Below, piece after piece: positions 25,025 to 38,336 of a stretch of DNA of 64,000 nt. The notes under the pieces were generated by a model that was not told the origin of the DNA, did no database searches, and saw only the letters and a list, made by a program, of their open reading frames with translations. Location of the stretch: NCBI GenBank assembly GCA_958009085.1, contig OY253669.1, positions 1,674,001 through 1,738,000 of the forward strand. Reading direction: 5' to 3'. The stretch comes from Protoeuglena noctilucae. Its lineage: Eukaryota. A program made the translations under genes and the position numbers. Position 1 is the stretch's first letter, and each line of letters begins with the position of its first letter.

Positions 25025-26342
25025 ATGGCGACCGCGTTGGCATCACGGCTGCGGCGTGGAGCCCCGGCGATGTTCCGAGGGGCGGGGTGGGGGCCGGGAC
25101 CCTGGACGGGGCGATGTGCAGCTTCAGAGGCGAGCCCCGCAGGCCCTGCTCCCCGTGCGATGCCCTCTTTCGCGTGCGAGGGACGCGCGCGGCCTCACCA
25201 CCTCCTTCGCACGCGCTGCAGGCGTCCACGTCCGCCCCTGAAGCATCGGACGCGTCAGTCCCCGCCTCCAAGCCCCGCGGATGGGACCGTGAGGGGGCGC
25301 CCACCAAGCAGCTGTGCGCGGTGCGAGCAGTGGCGAAGCGTTGCGCGGCGTGGCTCCGCCTGCCCGCTCCGGTGCCTGCGCTTATGCCCACGGCACGTTC
25401 CCGACCCCCGCAGGCGATCATGCGCCGGTGCAACACGAGGGGGCAGGAGCTCATTTCCGCCCAGGGCATCCACGCAGTCTGCGCGAGCGTGCGGACGGCT
25501 TTGGACGCGCGCAGAGCCATCAAGTGAGCGGCGGGTGTCGCCCAGATGGCTGACCGTGGCCATGGCGCAGGGCCCCTAGTTCTGAAGAGGGTATTAGGGC
25601 CTTCGACCATCGACTCTCCGCAGGACGATCGAGATGGCGTGGAATCGCCGCACGGGCTGGCGAAAGTGGCGGTTCCAGCCGTGGCTGCCCAGTGCGGGCA
25701 TCCCCACGACGCTCGTCCGGCAGTGCGTTGAGGCCGGCGCCCACGCCGAGGCCCTCGGTGAGGCGCCGCGCGATGATATGTGACTCGAACCTCAAACCCC
25801 GCACGCGCCGCTCTGAGCCCCCTTACCGTATGCTGAGGCACAGGCACCACCGCTTGATCTCGCCCGTCTGTGCAGACGCATTGCAGCGCCTCGTGTCCCT
25901 GGGCATGGCACGAGACAAGGAGGCTTACCACATCTTCATGCAAGTGAGGGACAGACTGGCGCTCGAAGGGTCCCGGGTCTCGGCTCGTGCATGGCGCAAC
26001 GTCTTGGCTGTACCCGCTTGACCCCTCTCTGGCCCCCCGCAGAGCGCAGCCGAGCGCAAGGACCTGGACGGCTTGATCAGGGCATACCTGGCGATGATAC
26101 AGAACCGGGTGCAGCCGGGCGCGGACACGGGGCGGCTGCTGGGGGATGCGTTTGCAGACCTGGGTCACGCGCGCCTGCGGGACGTGCTGTGGGAGGAGCT
26201 GAGGGTGAACGGGGTGACCACGGAGGGCGGGGACGGGGAAGGGGGAACGGCAGAGTCTCCGGCAGAGTCCCACAGTGACCCTGTCGACGGGGCAGCGGCG
26301 GCAAAGGGGCAAGGGGCGGGGGAGAGCGCGGGGCCGGCGTAA
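25025..26342 (+). CDS. Hypothetical organellar helical-repeat (PPR-like) protein
   Basis: Mitochondrial-type N-terminus MATALASRLRRG; exons with LVSLGMARDKEAYHIFMQ and AYLAMIQNRVQPGADTGRLL resembling degenerate PPR motifs. Confidence 0.45.
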
Positions 26343-26434
26343 GTGACTGAGAACGGATGTCAGCGGGCGCGCGATGGGCTCCCTGCTGTGACGCGTCGGC
26401 ATGTGGCTTGGCCGAGGCAGAATCTAATGGGTTT

Positions 26435-28136
26435 TCAACCATGCTTTCGATGCAACGTGCTCTGTTGGGCAGGCAAAGGTCTAGTGAACCCGCGAGGGGG
26501 ACCCGCGGCTAGGCGTGTTGGGATGGGATGGGGAGCGACAACAACGGGACTCTGCGGCAGGCATACAGCACTATGGGGCTGCAGTGCTGACTCTGGGAAC
26601 ATGGGCCGTCCAATGTGGGTCGCACGCGCAAAGGGGATGTGTTGACGGCACCTCTCAGGTGCTGCGGGCATTTCGGAAACAGTGGAGGTCATACCATTCG
26701 CACCATAACTCTCTGGCGGGTTTGGGGGGCCCGCCTTTCAGATGACAGGCCCGGTCCTCGTGGCCTTGCGTGATGGGACGCGGGAGAGCGGCGACTCCAC
26801 GATACTCGGCAGCTGCCCCGACCGGCGGCACCCTTCCGGGAGGCTCGCGGAGCGGTTGAGGGACGCCACCGACTCGAACAAGGACGAGGCCCCAGCAGCC
26901 ACCGCCACCTCGGGGGGCGCCTTGCCCACGACGCTCCCGCGGCGGTAGTCGCCAGACCCCCGGCACACCTGGCCATCGCACCTAAGAGGAAGAAGGGGCC
27001 CGGGAAGGTTAAGGTTGCTTGGCTGTGGAACCTGGTTGGAACCCCCGCGCTGCGCCTTTCACACGCCGTGCATACGTCAGCAGGCCGTGTCCTCACCCTT
27101 GCTTCGTGCCGTGCGTCGCCACGCCCGTGTCTGAGCGCGTGGCGAGGCGCCCAGACTGCTCGCCGCCCAAGGTCCCGCTCGACTCCGACCCCACGGTGCT
27201 GTCGCCGTCGGCTTTGGCCGGGTGGAGCGCGCCGTGGATGCTCGGCGGCAGAGCACGATCTTCCACGTCGAATCCGTCCGAGTGATGCGTTTCGCTGCCG
27301 CCCCCGGGTCGCGGAGACTCGCAGAGTCGCGGGGTGCTGGTGCCCCCGCGCTGCACCGGCTCCATGCTGCACCCACGAACGCGAGTCGCCCATCAGCTGC
27401 ACCGCGGACCCCACAGCAGTCATGTCAAGCGGCGCACTGGTCCCGTCAACCTGGGCGCTGCGAATGCGGGGTGAGCGGCGCACGACCGGACTTGCCTGAA
27501 GGACGCGTTCCCGGCCTGCGTCGACTCGGCGAGGGCGCCGTGCGAGAGGAGGTCCTGCCAGAAGTCCTCAAAAGCCGCTAACGAGGACCACGCCTGCACC
27601 ACGGCCACCTGCGGCTCGCCAACGGCCGGCTGCGTGTGATCCAGCAGCTTCCAGGCCAGCAAAGGACAGGGGCCACGCTGTGACCGGGCGATCAGCGCGT
27701 GCCGAACTTGATCGATAATAGGCCCCATCTGCACGCACACGCGGACGGAGGGTTGCAGCCAAAGGCATGGCCAACCGCCGCGTGAAGGTGCAGCCCCCCG
27801 CGCACCTCTGAGCCGTCAGCGACCAGGCGGCATATCACATCAACGTGTTGGTCGGTCCCACTGTTGAGGGGGTTGGGGCTGGTCGGCGCAGGCTCCGTTC
27901 CGCTCAGGAATGGCAGGCCCAGCGAAAGGACGCCGAAGACCATCGTCCGACTTCGTCCGACGCACCCGCCCTGCAATTGCGCGGCAATCCGTCACGTTCT
28001 TTAGAGCTGCGCGACTGTCAGGCGATAACGTGCGCCAGGGCGAACGCTGCTGCAACCAGACGTTGACAGAGCGGCGAGAAGCCCGCTCAGGCTCCTCGGG
28101 CACCGCGCCGTCAACAACGACTTCAGTGCGTGTCAC
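26435..28136 (-). CDS. Hypothetical spliced protein; exon structure unresolved
   Basis: Series of minus-strand coding-like segments bounded by GT/AG (e.g. MGPIIDQVRHALI...VAVVQAWSSLAAFEDFW); no confident family. Confidence 0.3.
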
Positions 28137-28385
28137 CTGTTGCAGCGCTGATGGGGTTGGCGCTCAGAGCTGAGAACGCTCGGCGTGGCTCGGCCTGCTC
28201 ACGAGGCGAGCCGATGTTCGGGCCCGCGTCGAACGCCGCGCTTATCTATTTGCACGAATTTGCACATTAGGACGCAATGCGCCGGCTATCAGGCTGCCAC
28301 CGAGCTGGCAGTGCAACACGGTTCAATCACTCGATGCCACGGAACAATCAAGGATCGGGTGGGCCTGGCACACAGTCGAAAATGC

Positions 28386-29913
28386 CTAGTTCTCCAGCAC
28401 GTACTTGGCCGCGGCGGCCAGAACCGTGATGAAGAGGAGGGTCGGCAGGGCCCGCTCGGCGGCCTTGCTGGCAATCTTGCGCGTCTGGCCCACGACCCAG
28501 GCGCCACCGCCCTGCAGATGAGCGCAGCGCTCCGCGTCAGACGCGCACAGGGACATGGCGTGCGCGTGCGAGGCCCGGGCGCGACGCCAGGCCTGGCAAC
28601 ATGCAGCCCTCCCTCCTCACCAGGACCGTGAAGCCCGACACGAGGGCGAGGGCGACCTGGAGGCTGGGCGTGCTGGCGGTGAGCTTGGCAAACTTGTCCA
28701 GCGAGTCCACCTTGCCGAGCGCCGACACGAGCACCGAGAACTCCCCGCTTGCGTCCTGCAGGAGGAGGCCGCCCGCGCCGCCGACGATGGCCACGATGAA
28801 GGCGATCAGGAGGGACGGCGGGGAGCTGCGCCGCTTCCCCTCGGGCAGGAACTCGAGGTCGCCCTTCTCCACGAACATCCACAGCCCCCGCTCGCCCCCG
28901 GCGAAGCCGCCCGTCAGTGCCGACTCGCGCGAGGCGTACTTGCGGGCGTCGTCCTCCACGTAGCGGCCCTTGCCGATGTAGATGGTGTCCGTGCCCGTGC
29001 TCCCCGCGGGCTTGACCACCTTCTTGGCCGAAGCCGGCTTGGAGGACGACGCGTCGGGCTGGTCCCGCTCCCGCTGCACCTCCTCGCGGAAACGCCACAG
29101 ACCGGCCTCGCCGCCGGCCCACCCGCCGGTGTAGATGGTGCGGTCGGGGTACTGCGCAGGCCGAGAGGAGGAGTTGATCAGGTCATGGCCGGGTCACCGT
29201 GCTCGAGCACGTCGGCAGCATGAGGCACGCGGGAGGTGGCGAGAGACAGCTACCGACGAGAGCGAGAGGCAAGCGGAAGCTACGGGTGTGCCATGGCCAG
29301 GCATCCGCGCTCGGCTGCGCGAGAGGTCATGCCTCCGCGCGGGGCGGGGGCCTCTCATGGGCTGCTGGCGCGCTCGCCTTAGCGGGGTCGTCCTTCACAT
29401 AGCGACCCTTGCCAATGTAAATGTCCGCGGCCTTCCCCGGCGCCTTGGTGGTCGTCGTCGCGGTCTGCAGGCACGGGATGGCCGGGATTCACCAACGCGA
29501 CGGCATGAGGGAACCGAGCACCCATACGCATCCCAAAGGATCGCAGGACCCTTCCCGTGACCACACGATGCACGTCATGTACTAGGCAGGCCCCCGACGC
29601 ACGCGAAGGGCCCTGGAAGGCGGTCCCCATTTCCTGGGGCCCCGACAGCCCTAGCGCGAATCCAGCGTCGCGAGGCCCCGCGCGGCACGCGCGTGGCTCA
29701 TAACCGCAACATAGCTGCCTTGCGACCGACGTCACGACGCAAGCATCGGCGCCTACGCGCGAATCCGATAGTCGCTACAGCCACCGCAACTGCTTAGTCG
29801 ATAGGCGCCCAGACGACCGCGGTGCCCGCCCGCGAAGCCATTCTCACCTGTGCGCTGGCGCAGACGTTGCGGCGGGGCACAGTCGCCCGCGCAGGGAGGC
29901 CCAGCGCGTACAT
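28386..29913 (-). CDS. Putative chloroplast membrane protein with a duplicated IYIGKGRYV..DD...TGG[WF]AGGE.GLW motif
   Basis: Transit-like exon MYALGLPARATVPRRNVCASAQ; two motif copies; three hydrophobic C-terminal segments; stop at 28386. Confidence 0.7.
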
Positions 29914-30163
29914 TCTCGGCCTCGTTGTGCTCTGGCCGCCCAGCAATCAGTCACGGACGCAAAGGGTGAGTAACACTGGCCCGAACTGCTAAGCAACGCC
30001 GAGGAGACGCACCATTCGTGACGATCGCCACTCTGGCTCTGAAACCGCCCGAAAGAGTGGTGCAGGTCGAAGTGGCCGTCTCGTGCCCCCCGTCTGGAGG
30101 AGAAGGGCGCGTGTGTTCGCTGGCGGCGCCGCGACCGCCCGGTGCTCCTGCGCCCCGTGCACC

Positions 30164-31591
30164 ATGTCCGCATCTGCTGTGCGCCGTGTGTGGCGGCTGG
30201 CGTCCGCGAGAGGCATCTGTTGTGGCGAGATTGACGTTGCTCGGGCGAGCAGCCATCTCCGAGCGTCCACCAGCGACGGGGAGGCGCGGGGCTTCAGCAC
30301 GCGGGCGCGCGTCCCGCCGTCGTTCGAGCCCTGGTCCCCCGTGGACCTCAGCGCCGACGCGCCGACGCGGCGCGACTATCTCGCCAGGATCGATGAGGGC
30401 CACCGCCAGATGACGTCGCACCCGACGGTGAAGGCCGTGGTGGCCGAGGAGTACGAGGGTGCGTGGCCCCGACGCGGCCCGATCCATGTTTGTTGGGTGG
30501 TGGAAGGGTGAAGCGCAAAACACCTGATTTCTGGGAGTCCTCCGCTTCCCGCAGACGTCCCCGAGCGGCACGTGGTGGAGGCCGTGCGCCGGTCGCCCTG
30601 GAAGGTCTTGTCGCTCTTCCTCCGCTACGACGATCCGGACGTCTTCAGCAGCGTATTCCGCGGACTGCAGTTCCGGTACGGCCGGCGGCCCCGTTTGCAT
30701 GCCCTGCCTGCCCCGGCATGGCATCCTGGCCCTCCACCCTCTGCCTTCGCCCGCCCCGGCCCTCGCAGAGAGATGGCGCGCGTGGGCACGGCCTGGGCCC
30801 GGACGTCCGAGTCCCTGCGCCACCAGGAGGCGTCGCTGTCGCACAAGCTGGGGATGCCTGTGGAGATTTTCCCCGTCAAGTTCGAGGGCCTCGCCCTTTC
30901 GGCCCAGCTGCTGGCCCAGGACATCGCCATCAACATCACGCAGGCCGCAGAAGACCGGGCCTCCATCAGGCGAGTGGCTCGCCGGACAGCCTCGCGCAGC
31001 CGGCTGTTATATGGGGCAGCATCAGCCCGTATGTCGAGCATGCCCGCAGGCGATTGGTCGAGACCTTCCGGAACGACGTGCTTCTCCCGAACCGCTTCAT
31101 TAAGGGATTCCGTATCAGGTGCGGCCATGCCCTTTCGCGTCGGCGAGGAACGTGGCGTGCCCTTGTGCCTCCCACCCTGCGCCACCTGCCCTGCGGTGCC
31201 CCGCCCTCCCTCCCGCCGCTCCCCACCCCCTACTAACGCCCCCCGACTCGGGCTTCCCTTTCGCAGAATCAAGGGGAAGCTGACGGCCGGCATGGCCTCT
31301 GGCTTTGTCGTGCAAGGGGGCTCCACCCACACCACGTCCTTCACGTCCGTCTATGACGTCGGCGTCGCCCACGCGCAGACGCGCATCGGCATCATCGGGG
31401 TCAAGGCAAGGCTGGCAAGCTACCCCCGTGCAGATGTGCGCGAAGCCCAGCATCGGCGGCATGCTTTCAATGCAAAGCATGCCTCAACTCCCTATCCTGC
31501 CCTCCCCCAGGTGTGGCTGATCTACCACCAACTGCCGTGGTCGCGCGCCCAGCACCAGATGGACTTCTGGGCCGCCCAGACGCGGCGGTGA
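30164..31591 (+). CDS. Nucleus-encoded mitochondrial ribosomal protein uS3 (C-terminal domain), 6 exons
   Basis: Presequence MSASAVRRVWRLAS; SAQLLAQDIA...IKGFRIR|IKGKL...VYDVGVAHAQTRIGIIGVK|VWL matches Ribosomal_S3_C. Confidence 0.8.
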
Positions 31592-31737
31592 GGCCTGAGG
31601 TCAGGTCGCCATCTGCGCCCCTCCACTCTCACGGACCCCTGCTTCTCGCCCGCGGCGACGCCACCCCGCCACGGCGATCCGACCATCTCCTGCTAGTCAG
31701 CCTCCCGAACCCCGGGCCCTCCCAACCAGGCACGACA

Positions 31738-33101
31738 CTAGGTTGCCCAAACGTGCTCGGCGCACGCGGCCCGGGGGAGGTGCGCCACTGGGATCGGCGG
31801 CGTGTCGACGAGCATGCCCTGCTTGTCGACCATCTCGTGCACATTGAACCACTCGTGCGTCTCGTTGGGCTGGCCGGGGTTGTACACCACTGGGGGGGCG
31901 AGCGGGCTCACGCGTTAGGCAGCTCCTTCAGATGTCTCCTCTCATCGACCCATCCTCGCAGCTGTCCTCGTTGAGACCATCGCCATGTCGGCCCCGCACC
32001 ACATCCTCGCCCATCAAGCCCTCCACCCCACCCTCCACGCGCATCCCGGCAGCTCACCGAGGTGCTCGTGCTTGTTCAGGTCAAAGTCGTAGATGTACCC
32101 GTCCTCGAAACTCTTGTCTCGCATCTGCCGCTTCTTCTTGATCATACGCCCAATCAGCGTGACCTCAGCCGTCAGGTTCATGCTGTCCATGCGAGAGCTG
32201 CCCTGCGGAGGGGCGCAACAATGGCCGGGGAGGCTCGCGCTCGAGCCAATCCGCGGCACATTGACGGTCACCGCCAGTACCGATGCTTGCGCGAAGGCTG
32301 GCTGCGAGGGCAGGGACGCCTCGCATAGCAGCAATGACGCTATGGCGCTCACCATCATGAAGGTCTGGCGGTCCTTGATCGCTGACCGCTTGTTCGACCG
32401 TGCCGGCGTCGCGACCGCCGCCGACGGAGCGGGCGCGTCCGCGTCCTTGGGCCGCGGGGGGGCCTTCGCTTTGGGCGCCAACCGCGGCTTGCTTTGCGCG
32501 GGCTTCGATGTGCCCCCGCGCGCCTTGGGCGGGCGAGATTTGGGTGTGCTTGTGTCGTGCGACTCGGACCGCGCTGAGTAATCGGGAGAGGGGTCGCGCA
32601 GGGCGGGAGGCCGGGGCGGGTCGGAGAGCTTGATGGCGCCCTGCGTCCAAAGCCAGGACGGGGTTGCGAGGAGACGCAGGGCTCGCGGGGCCGCAATCCC
32701 TGGCGGCACACAATCCCAGTGAGCACAGCGCAGCACCTTGGATTGCGCGATCTGCTGCACGATGCGCATGTGGTCTGCTTGCGTGAGGCTGAGCTCCTCA
32801 CGCAGCACCACAAGCGTCTCCTGCGTCTCCTTCATGCCCAGCACCCTCTCTGCCGCCAGAAGGAACGCTGCAGGCAGCGCGGGGAGGTATCAGGGGGCCG
32901 AGGCGCCTCAGGCCCTGCAGTAGATGCTGGACAGAGACCAAAGCGAGGGAAACGTGGTCCGTTGCAGAAACGGAAGCACCAGGTGCCCCAGAGCAGGACC
33001 TATGCGCCGGATGCACCGGACGCACGTGCGCCGCGGCGGCCCGCACCAAGGTACGCCTCATGAGCCAGCTCCTCCGCGCGCTTCTGCCGCCAGACTTCCA
33101 T
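31738..33101 (-). CDS. EMSY-like (ENT + Agenet/Tudor) chromatin protein, spliced
   Basis: ELAHEAYL|AFLLAAERVLGMKETQETLVVLREELSLTQADH (ENT-like) and LIGRMIKK...FEDGYIYDFDLNKHEHL|VVYNPGQPNETHEWFN (EML Agenet-like). Confidence 0.75.
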
Positions 33102-33341
33102 CCCAACACTCGCAACCCCGGCAGTCCCGACAAGGAATCACGCGCCCGCGGGTGCAGCGGGTCGCGGCCCCGACTTCTCTCGAACCGACTTCCACACCCC
33201 CGCCGCAGACAGAAAGCAAACTATATTCACACAAGGGGAGTCGCACGACTCGCGTATGCAAAGCGGAACTTGCTAAGGTTAGAGCCGGCCCCTGCACGCC
33301 AACCGAGCAACGGCGGCGTAGGCAGAGCGTGTTAGTGCCCT

Positions 33342-35129
33342 TTACTTCTTCTTCGCCGGCTCCTTCCCCTTCGCGGGAGCCGGGGGAGCCGACTTGGCCG
33401 CCTTAGGATCGACCTTGGCCTTCGGGTCGACCTTGGCCGGCGCCGGCGCAGCGGCCGGGGCTGAGCCCCCCGACTTCTGCACGCCCGTGATGCGGGCGAT
33501 GGTGGCGAAGGAGAGGCCGCCCAGGACGTTGTTGCCCATGCGGATGAGCGTGGAGTAGACGCGGAAGGCGGGGGAGGGGAGCAGGGGGAGCACGAGCATG
33601 TCGATGCCGTTGATGGCCTGGCGGGCGGGGGCGACACGGGGGGAGGCGTCGCGGGGGGTGCGGGCCACGGGGCGGCGTCGCGCGAGGTGGGAGTTCACTG
33701 CGGCCCGCTCCTCGCCTGGTACCGGAGGTTGGAGGAGACGGACATGTGCAGCGCCCAGCAGCCGGCGTTGGGGAAGAGCGCGGGCTGCTTGTTCTGGGGC
33801 TTGAAGCTGGGGTCGGCCATCTGCCTCAGCGCGATCAGCCCGTTGGTGGTGGCCGTGCCCATGATGCCCGCGAAGAACCCGATGAACCCGAACTGCAGGG
33901 CCTTGTACACGACGGTCGTGAGCCGGGAGCCGACCGAGTACGACCCTGCCTCAAACATGTGGCCCGTCGGGGCGTTGAAGCCCGCCAGGAGGTCCCCCGT
34001 CACGAAACGCGTGAGGAAGTCCTGCGGCGGCGGGAGCCGACGAGGTGTGCGTGACGCGGGGGCGATGCGGGACCTTGCGGATGGGGTAACCGGGGCCTGC
34101 GTTGCCCATAGGTGCAGGCGGGCCTCCCTCGCCTTCGCGGGGGGGATGCCCTCGGTGGGGGCGAGGAGGTACATGAGGGAGAAGTTCATGAGGGACCCGA
34201 CGATGAGGGTGGAGAAGACGAAGTCCAGCTCGTTCAAACCGTAGTTGGGCCGGCTCGCCATGTCGCCCGCCACCGCCGCCCCCACGCCGATGACCTGCTC
34301 CACCGCCACCTGCGGGAGCCGCACGGGAGCGGGGTCATCGGCGGCCGCGGAGGGCGCAGGGGCGAGGTCCCGCCTGCCCCAGTCCCGGCCTTCCCGGTCC
34401 TACCTTGAAGTTGAACTGAGGATCCGCACGCACGCGCGCGGCCCAGCCCGCCAGGAACCCCGACTGGGACTCCTTGCCGTTGTCCCCGCCCCCGCTGCCG
34501 CCGCCCCCGCCGCCGCCACCCCCACCACTGCGAAGGCGGGAGAGCTGTCATCCCTCAAGTCGCCCCCCAAACGGCAGCGAGCGACTAGCCGGGCGCGAAA
34601 CGGTTCCCCGGCATGGGGAAACGTAAATATGTGTCACGGCGGTCTCGCTGCGGGACGCGGCGTGTGGCCTCACCCGCCCGAGGTCCCCATGCCCCCCCCG
34701 CCGATGTTACCCCCGCCCGAAGCCACGGAGACGGGCAGATCCCGCGAACGCGCCCTCCTGCGGTCGGAGAAGATACCAAAGAGTACATCGACGAGAGGTG
34801 GATCGACGTGGGCCGGGGACGCGGCTGTTGCGCATGCACGGCCATTGCAGCAGGGGGTCGCTGAGCGTCCGGAGTCACGGAGCGCTGCTTCCCAAGCGCG
34901 GGACACGCACGGCTGCCTCGAGGTCCGAGTTGCGCAACGTCCGGACAGATCGCCCGCCTCTGCGACCCCGCCGGGTCGCTGAGCCGGCAAGGTTTGCAAC
35001 CGTTGCGCGCCGTTGGGCTCACCGCGGCAGCGAGACGCCCAGAGTCGACGGAAGCGCAGGTTTGCTCACAGAAACGCGACTTGGGCCGCCCGCAACCGCG
35101 CGGGGGCCGAGGCCCAGGGCCGAGTTCAT
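33342..35129 (-). CDS. RETICULATA-related chloroplast envelope protein (DUF3411, RER3/RER4-like)
   Basis: Transit peptide and Gly-rich linker, then VEQVIGVGAAVAGDMASRPNYGLNELDFVFSTLIVGSLMNFSLMYLLAPT...WALHMSVSSNLRYQ|AING...NNVLGGLSF. Confidence 0.92.
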
Positions 35130-35326
35130 CTGGACGAAAATTCGGGCGCAGCGGGTCGCTGGACGGCTGGCCCGATCTCGGCACAGTGAATGATTTCCTT
35201 CCCCCAGCAACAAAGAGTGCGCTGGGTCGAGGCGAGCCCGAGGCGGACGCAGGGGCGCCGAAAAGTGCCAGTCAGACAGACCGCGACGTGGGGCGGCGAG
35301 GGTGCAGGGCAAGGGCCCCCGCTGCG

Positions 35327-36517
35327 ATGGGTACGCCCCCCATTCGTCGGGCGTCACGATCGCTATTGCGCTTTCGACGATCGCCTGCGCGCCGCTTCCC
35401 TCGTTCTGGCCACCGCTCCTGCGCATCGCACTGCGGGGGGGAGGGGAGTGAAGAATGAGGGTCTGTACGACTGGAGTGCACACCAAGCGTGCAGGATGTG
35501 TGGCAGCGGCTGCACGGCGCCCCCCACAAGCCGCACGGTAATCTCCGGCATGCAGCGGATGCGCCGTTCACCGGTTTGGCCACCGCACGAGACGACCGGG
35601 TTAAACGGTCGTTCAATTATTCTTGATGCAGTCATCCCTCGCTCTCCTCTGCACAGGGAACGCGGCCACGCGACGGGGATGGTGGCTGTGGCGCTTGTGG
35701 CCCTCGTCTATCTGGCGCCCGGGGAGGCCATGGCGGCGTAGTGAGTGGGCCGTTGCTGCCGATGTCGTGCGGTCGTTCAACGCCTTGCCCGGGGCACCGT
35801 GTGGAAAGCCTGGCGTGGCCCTCCTCACGCACAGCTCACCCCAAACGTGTGTTGGCCTGCGTGACCTGGGGGAGGACGATGCCGAGTGCAGGGCGCGCAT
35901 CCTTCGAGAAGACTTCAGCTCCGGCGCCAACGCAAAGGACTTCAAGGGTTTCTCCGCGGGGTGCGCGCCTCATATGCAGCAGCGCTGTGGGCGTGGGCCG
36001 CTCATCCGCAAGCCCTAGGCGATGGAGGCCCCGTCCCGGTCCGCCCGTGCAGACAGACGCAGTATGGCGTGCCAGTGGCGGAGATGGGCGACGCATACGT
36101 GGTGGAGACGCTAGAACTTGGGCGCAAAATCCTTCGGTACGGGGAGCTTGACCCGTACAGCAAGGAGCGCATCGATTTGATCAAGCAGATCAAGGGGGAC
36201 ATGAACCAATGGGTGGGGAAGTACGCACGGGGCGGGAGCGCGCGCAAGGAGAGCGCACGCAAGGTCTACATTGTCATCGACGCCCTCCAAGGACACCTGG
36301 TCCAGGTATGAAGCTGGGAGCGGGACATCATTGAGCCGGTTGTCAGTGCCCTGCCGAGCACGCACGCCCTCGCAGCACGTGCGCCAATGACAGTTGACCG
36401 CACTGCGAGATGGCGCCGCGCCTGCAGAACGGCCTGGCGCCCCTGCCCAAGCCCAAGTTCCAGAAGCTCGCTGTGGATTTGCAAGAGGCTTTCGACCTGC
36501 TCAGCCAGAGCCGGTAG
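35327..36517 (+). CDS. Psb27-family photosystem II assembly protein; start uncertain
   Basis: YVVETLEL...DMNQWVGKYAR...VYIVIDALQGHLVQ|NGLAPLPKPK..L..DLQEAFDLLSQSR* matches the Psb27 four-helix pattern. Confidence 0.8.
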
Positions 36518-36860
36518 GCCTAGTGCCTGCACCGCTGGCCTGCCCCGCCGACTCCCGGGAGGGGTTCCTTCGCTGGCGCAGGGCCTTGAGGATCCGGATC
36601 CGTCGCTCAGCGAGGTCCCTCTCGCATGCATTCGGGTCGTCTGGCCCCGGGATGGCGACTCCGCCCCACCTGTGATGACATGGCACTCGGATGAATGAAA
36701 ATTGACCGCGAATCGTGACCCACGAAAACTGGCACTGACGCCAGTGCCCGGCCACCTCTAGGGCCGACGTCGGAGCCTGGGGACGGCAAATCCACGCTTC
36801 GTTGATTGGAATAGAGCTGCTCGCCACTTCATCTCGTGGTCTCTGAGAACGACTGGCGAG

Positions 36861-38226
36861 ATGTCGTGCCGGGCACTCCAGGCGCCGAGTGCGTCGGCGC
36901 TGAGCGTGGTGGGGCCTCCCCGCCGCTCGAGGGCTGCGCCGCAGAGCCAGGGGTCGTTTAGAGCTGTGGTGGCGCGTGGGTTCGACGAGGGATCGGTAAC
37001 GAGGCTCACCTCGGTTGACCTGGGAGGGGGCCCGGCCGGGAAGGCCGAGCGCGCACCTAGCGTCGTCGAGACGGTGCAGGATGTCCCATTGGAATCTGAG
37101 GTGACTTTTCAAGCTCGCGGAAGCCCTGAGAGCGATCACGGTCGCCGGTGGACGCGACGATTATCCACTTGCCCAGCCCTCCCCGCCAGAGCGGCCCCTG
37201 GGTCCTTCCCAGCCGGGCCACGCATGATCTCCGGGGAGCATGTGTTTCGAAAGTCGGCGCTGGCACTTCCATTCGCAGCTCGGTATCGACTATGCGCCGC
37301 TCAAGGAGCTCTTGGCGAAGGGGGAGTTCGAGAAGGCCGACGACTTCACTCGCGCGGTCCTCATTACCATGGTCAGTCTCGGCGGAGAGGGGTTCGCGAT
37401 GTGCGCACGCTAGCAGGCCGCTTCGGCCCTCGCTGCCGCAGGAGTGCTTTGCGTGGCGCCGTCATGCCGATGCCAAGCTCTGGCCCGCAGGCGGACAAGT
37501 CCGCGGGGCTCGGGGCGGCTAAGCGGGGTTACGTCTACTTCACGGAGGTCAAGTCCATCCCCGTGGCGGATCTCCGTACGGTAGATGAGCTGTGGAAGAC
37601 TTACAGGTGCGTGGGGGTACCGCGAAGGGTGGCCCTGCCTGGGCCTGGGCTCCAGGGCGGGCCGAGTTCGATGCGGCTCTACCTCCGCCCTGCTCGCCTT
37701 GCGCCGCAGCGGGGGCAAGTTCGGGTACAGCGTGCAGAAGGGGGTGTGGCTGGCCAACCGCCGCAACTGGCAAAAGTTCTTCAAGGCCATCGACTGGGTC
37801 GTGGGGGAGGACAACAACTACCGGCAGTGGCCCACGGAGTTCAAGTACACGGTGGACGCCAAGAGGGGGCACCTGCCGTTGACGGCGGCCCTCCGTGGCA
37901 CGCAGCTCCACCAGTCCATCATGGAGCACCCCGCTTTCGAGGCCAAAAAGCCCACGGTGAGACGGCTTGGCGCAGTCAGACTCGCCACGGGTGGGGGCTG
38001 GCACCAGGGGTCTTGGAGCCCCACAAGCTCAGGGGCAGGTGGGTCGTGCGTTGCCGATTGGGCGTCTTCCCCGGGCATGAACACTCACGGTGGAGCAGAG
38101 CTGCTCCTGTGTCAGCTAGACTTGCTGACTCACTGCTCACGATTTCCTTGCTGGATATCTCGTAGAGCTACACGCAAAGTGCCTGAGTTGTTGCTCTCCG
38201 ATTGGTGTCCGCAGCTCTCGTCCTGA
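36861..38226 (+). CDS. GUN4: Tetrapyrrole-binding protein GUN4 (Mg-chelatase activator), 5 exons
   Basis: VPLESE|LGIDYAPLKELL..GEFEKADDFTR...KRGYVYFTEVKSIPVADLRTVDELWKTY|SGGKFGYSVQK...GHLPLTAALRGTQL..IMEHPAF. Confidence 0.96.
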
Positions 38227-38336
38227 TCTGAGGACCATTTCCTGGGTCAGAAAGAGACGTTGGCCTCACCAGCACCAGGGAAGAAGGCGTTGTCTTCAAA
38301 GGGCTAATTAGAGGCCTCAGAGGGCGGGTAGCAGCC

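Noticed and set aside
27500..27860. Possible ABM-like dimeric alpha/beta barrel (VAVVQAWSSLAAFEDFW)
   Set aside because: The resemblance is too weak to call without a profile search.
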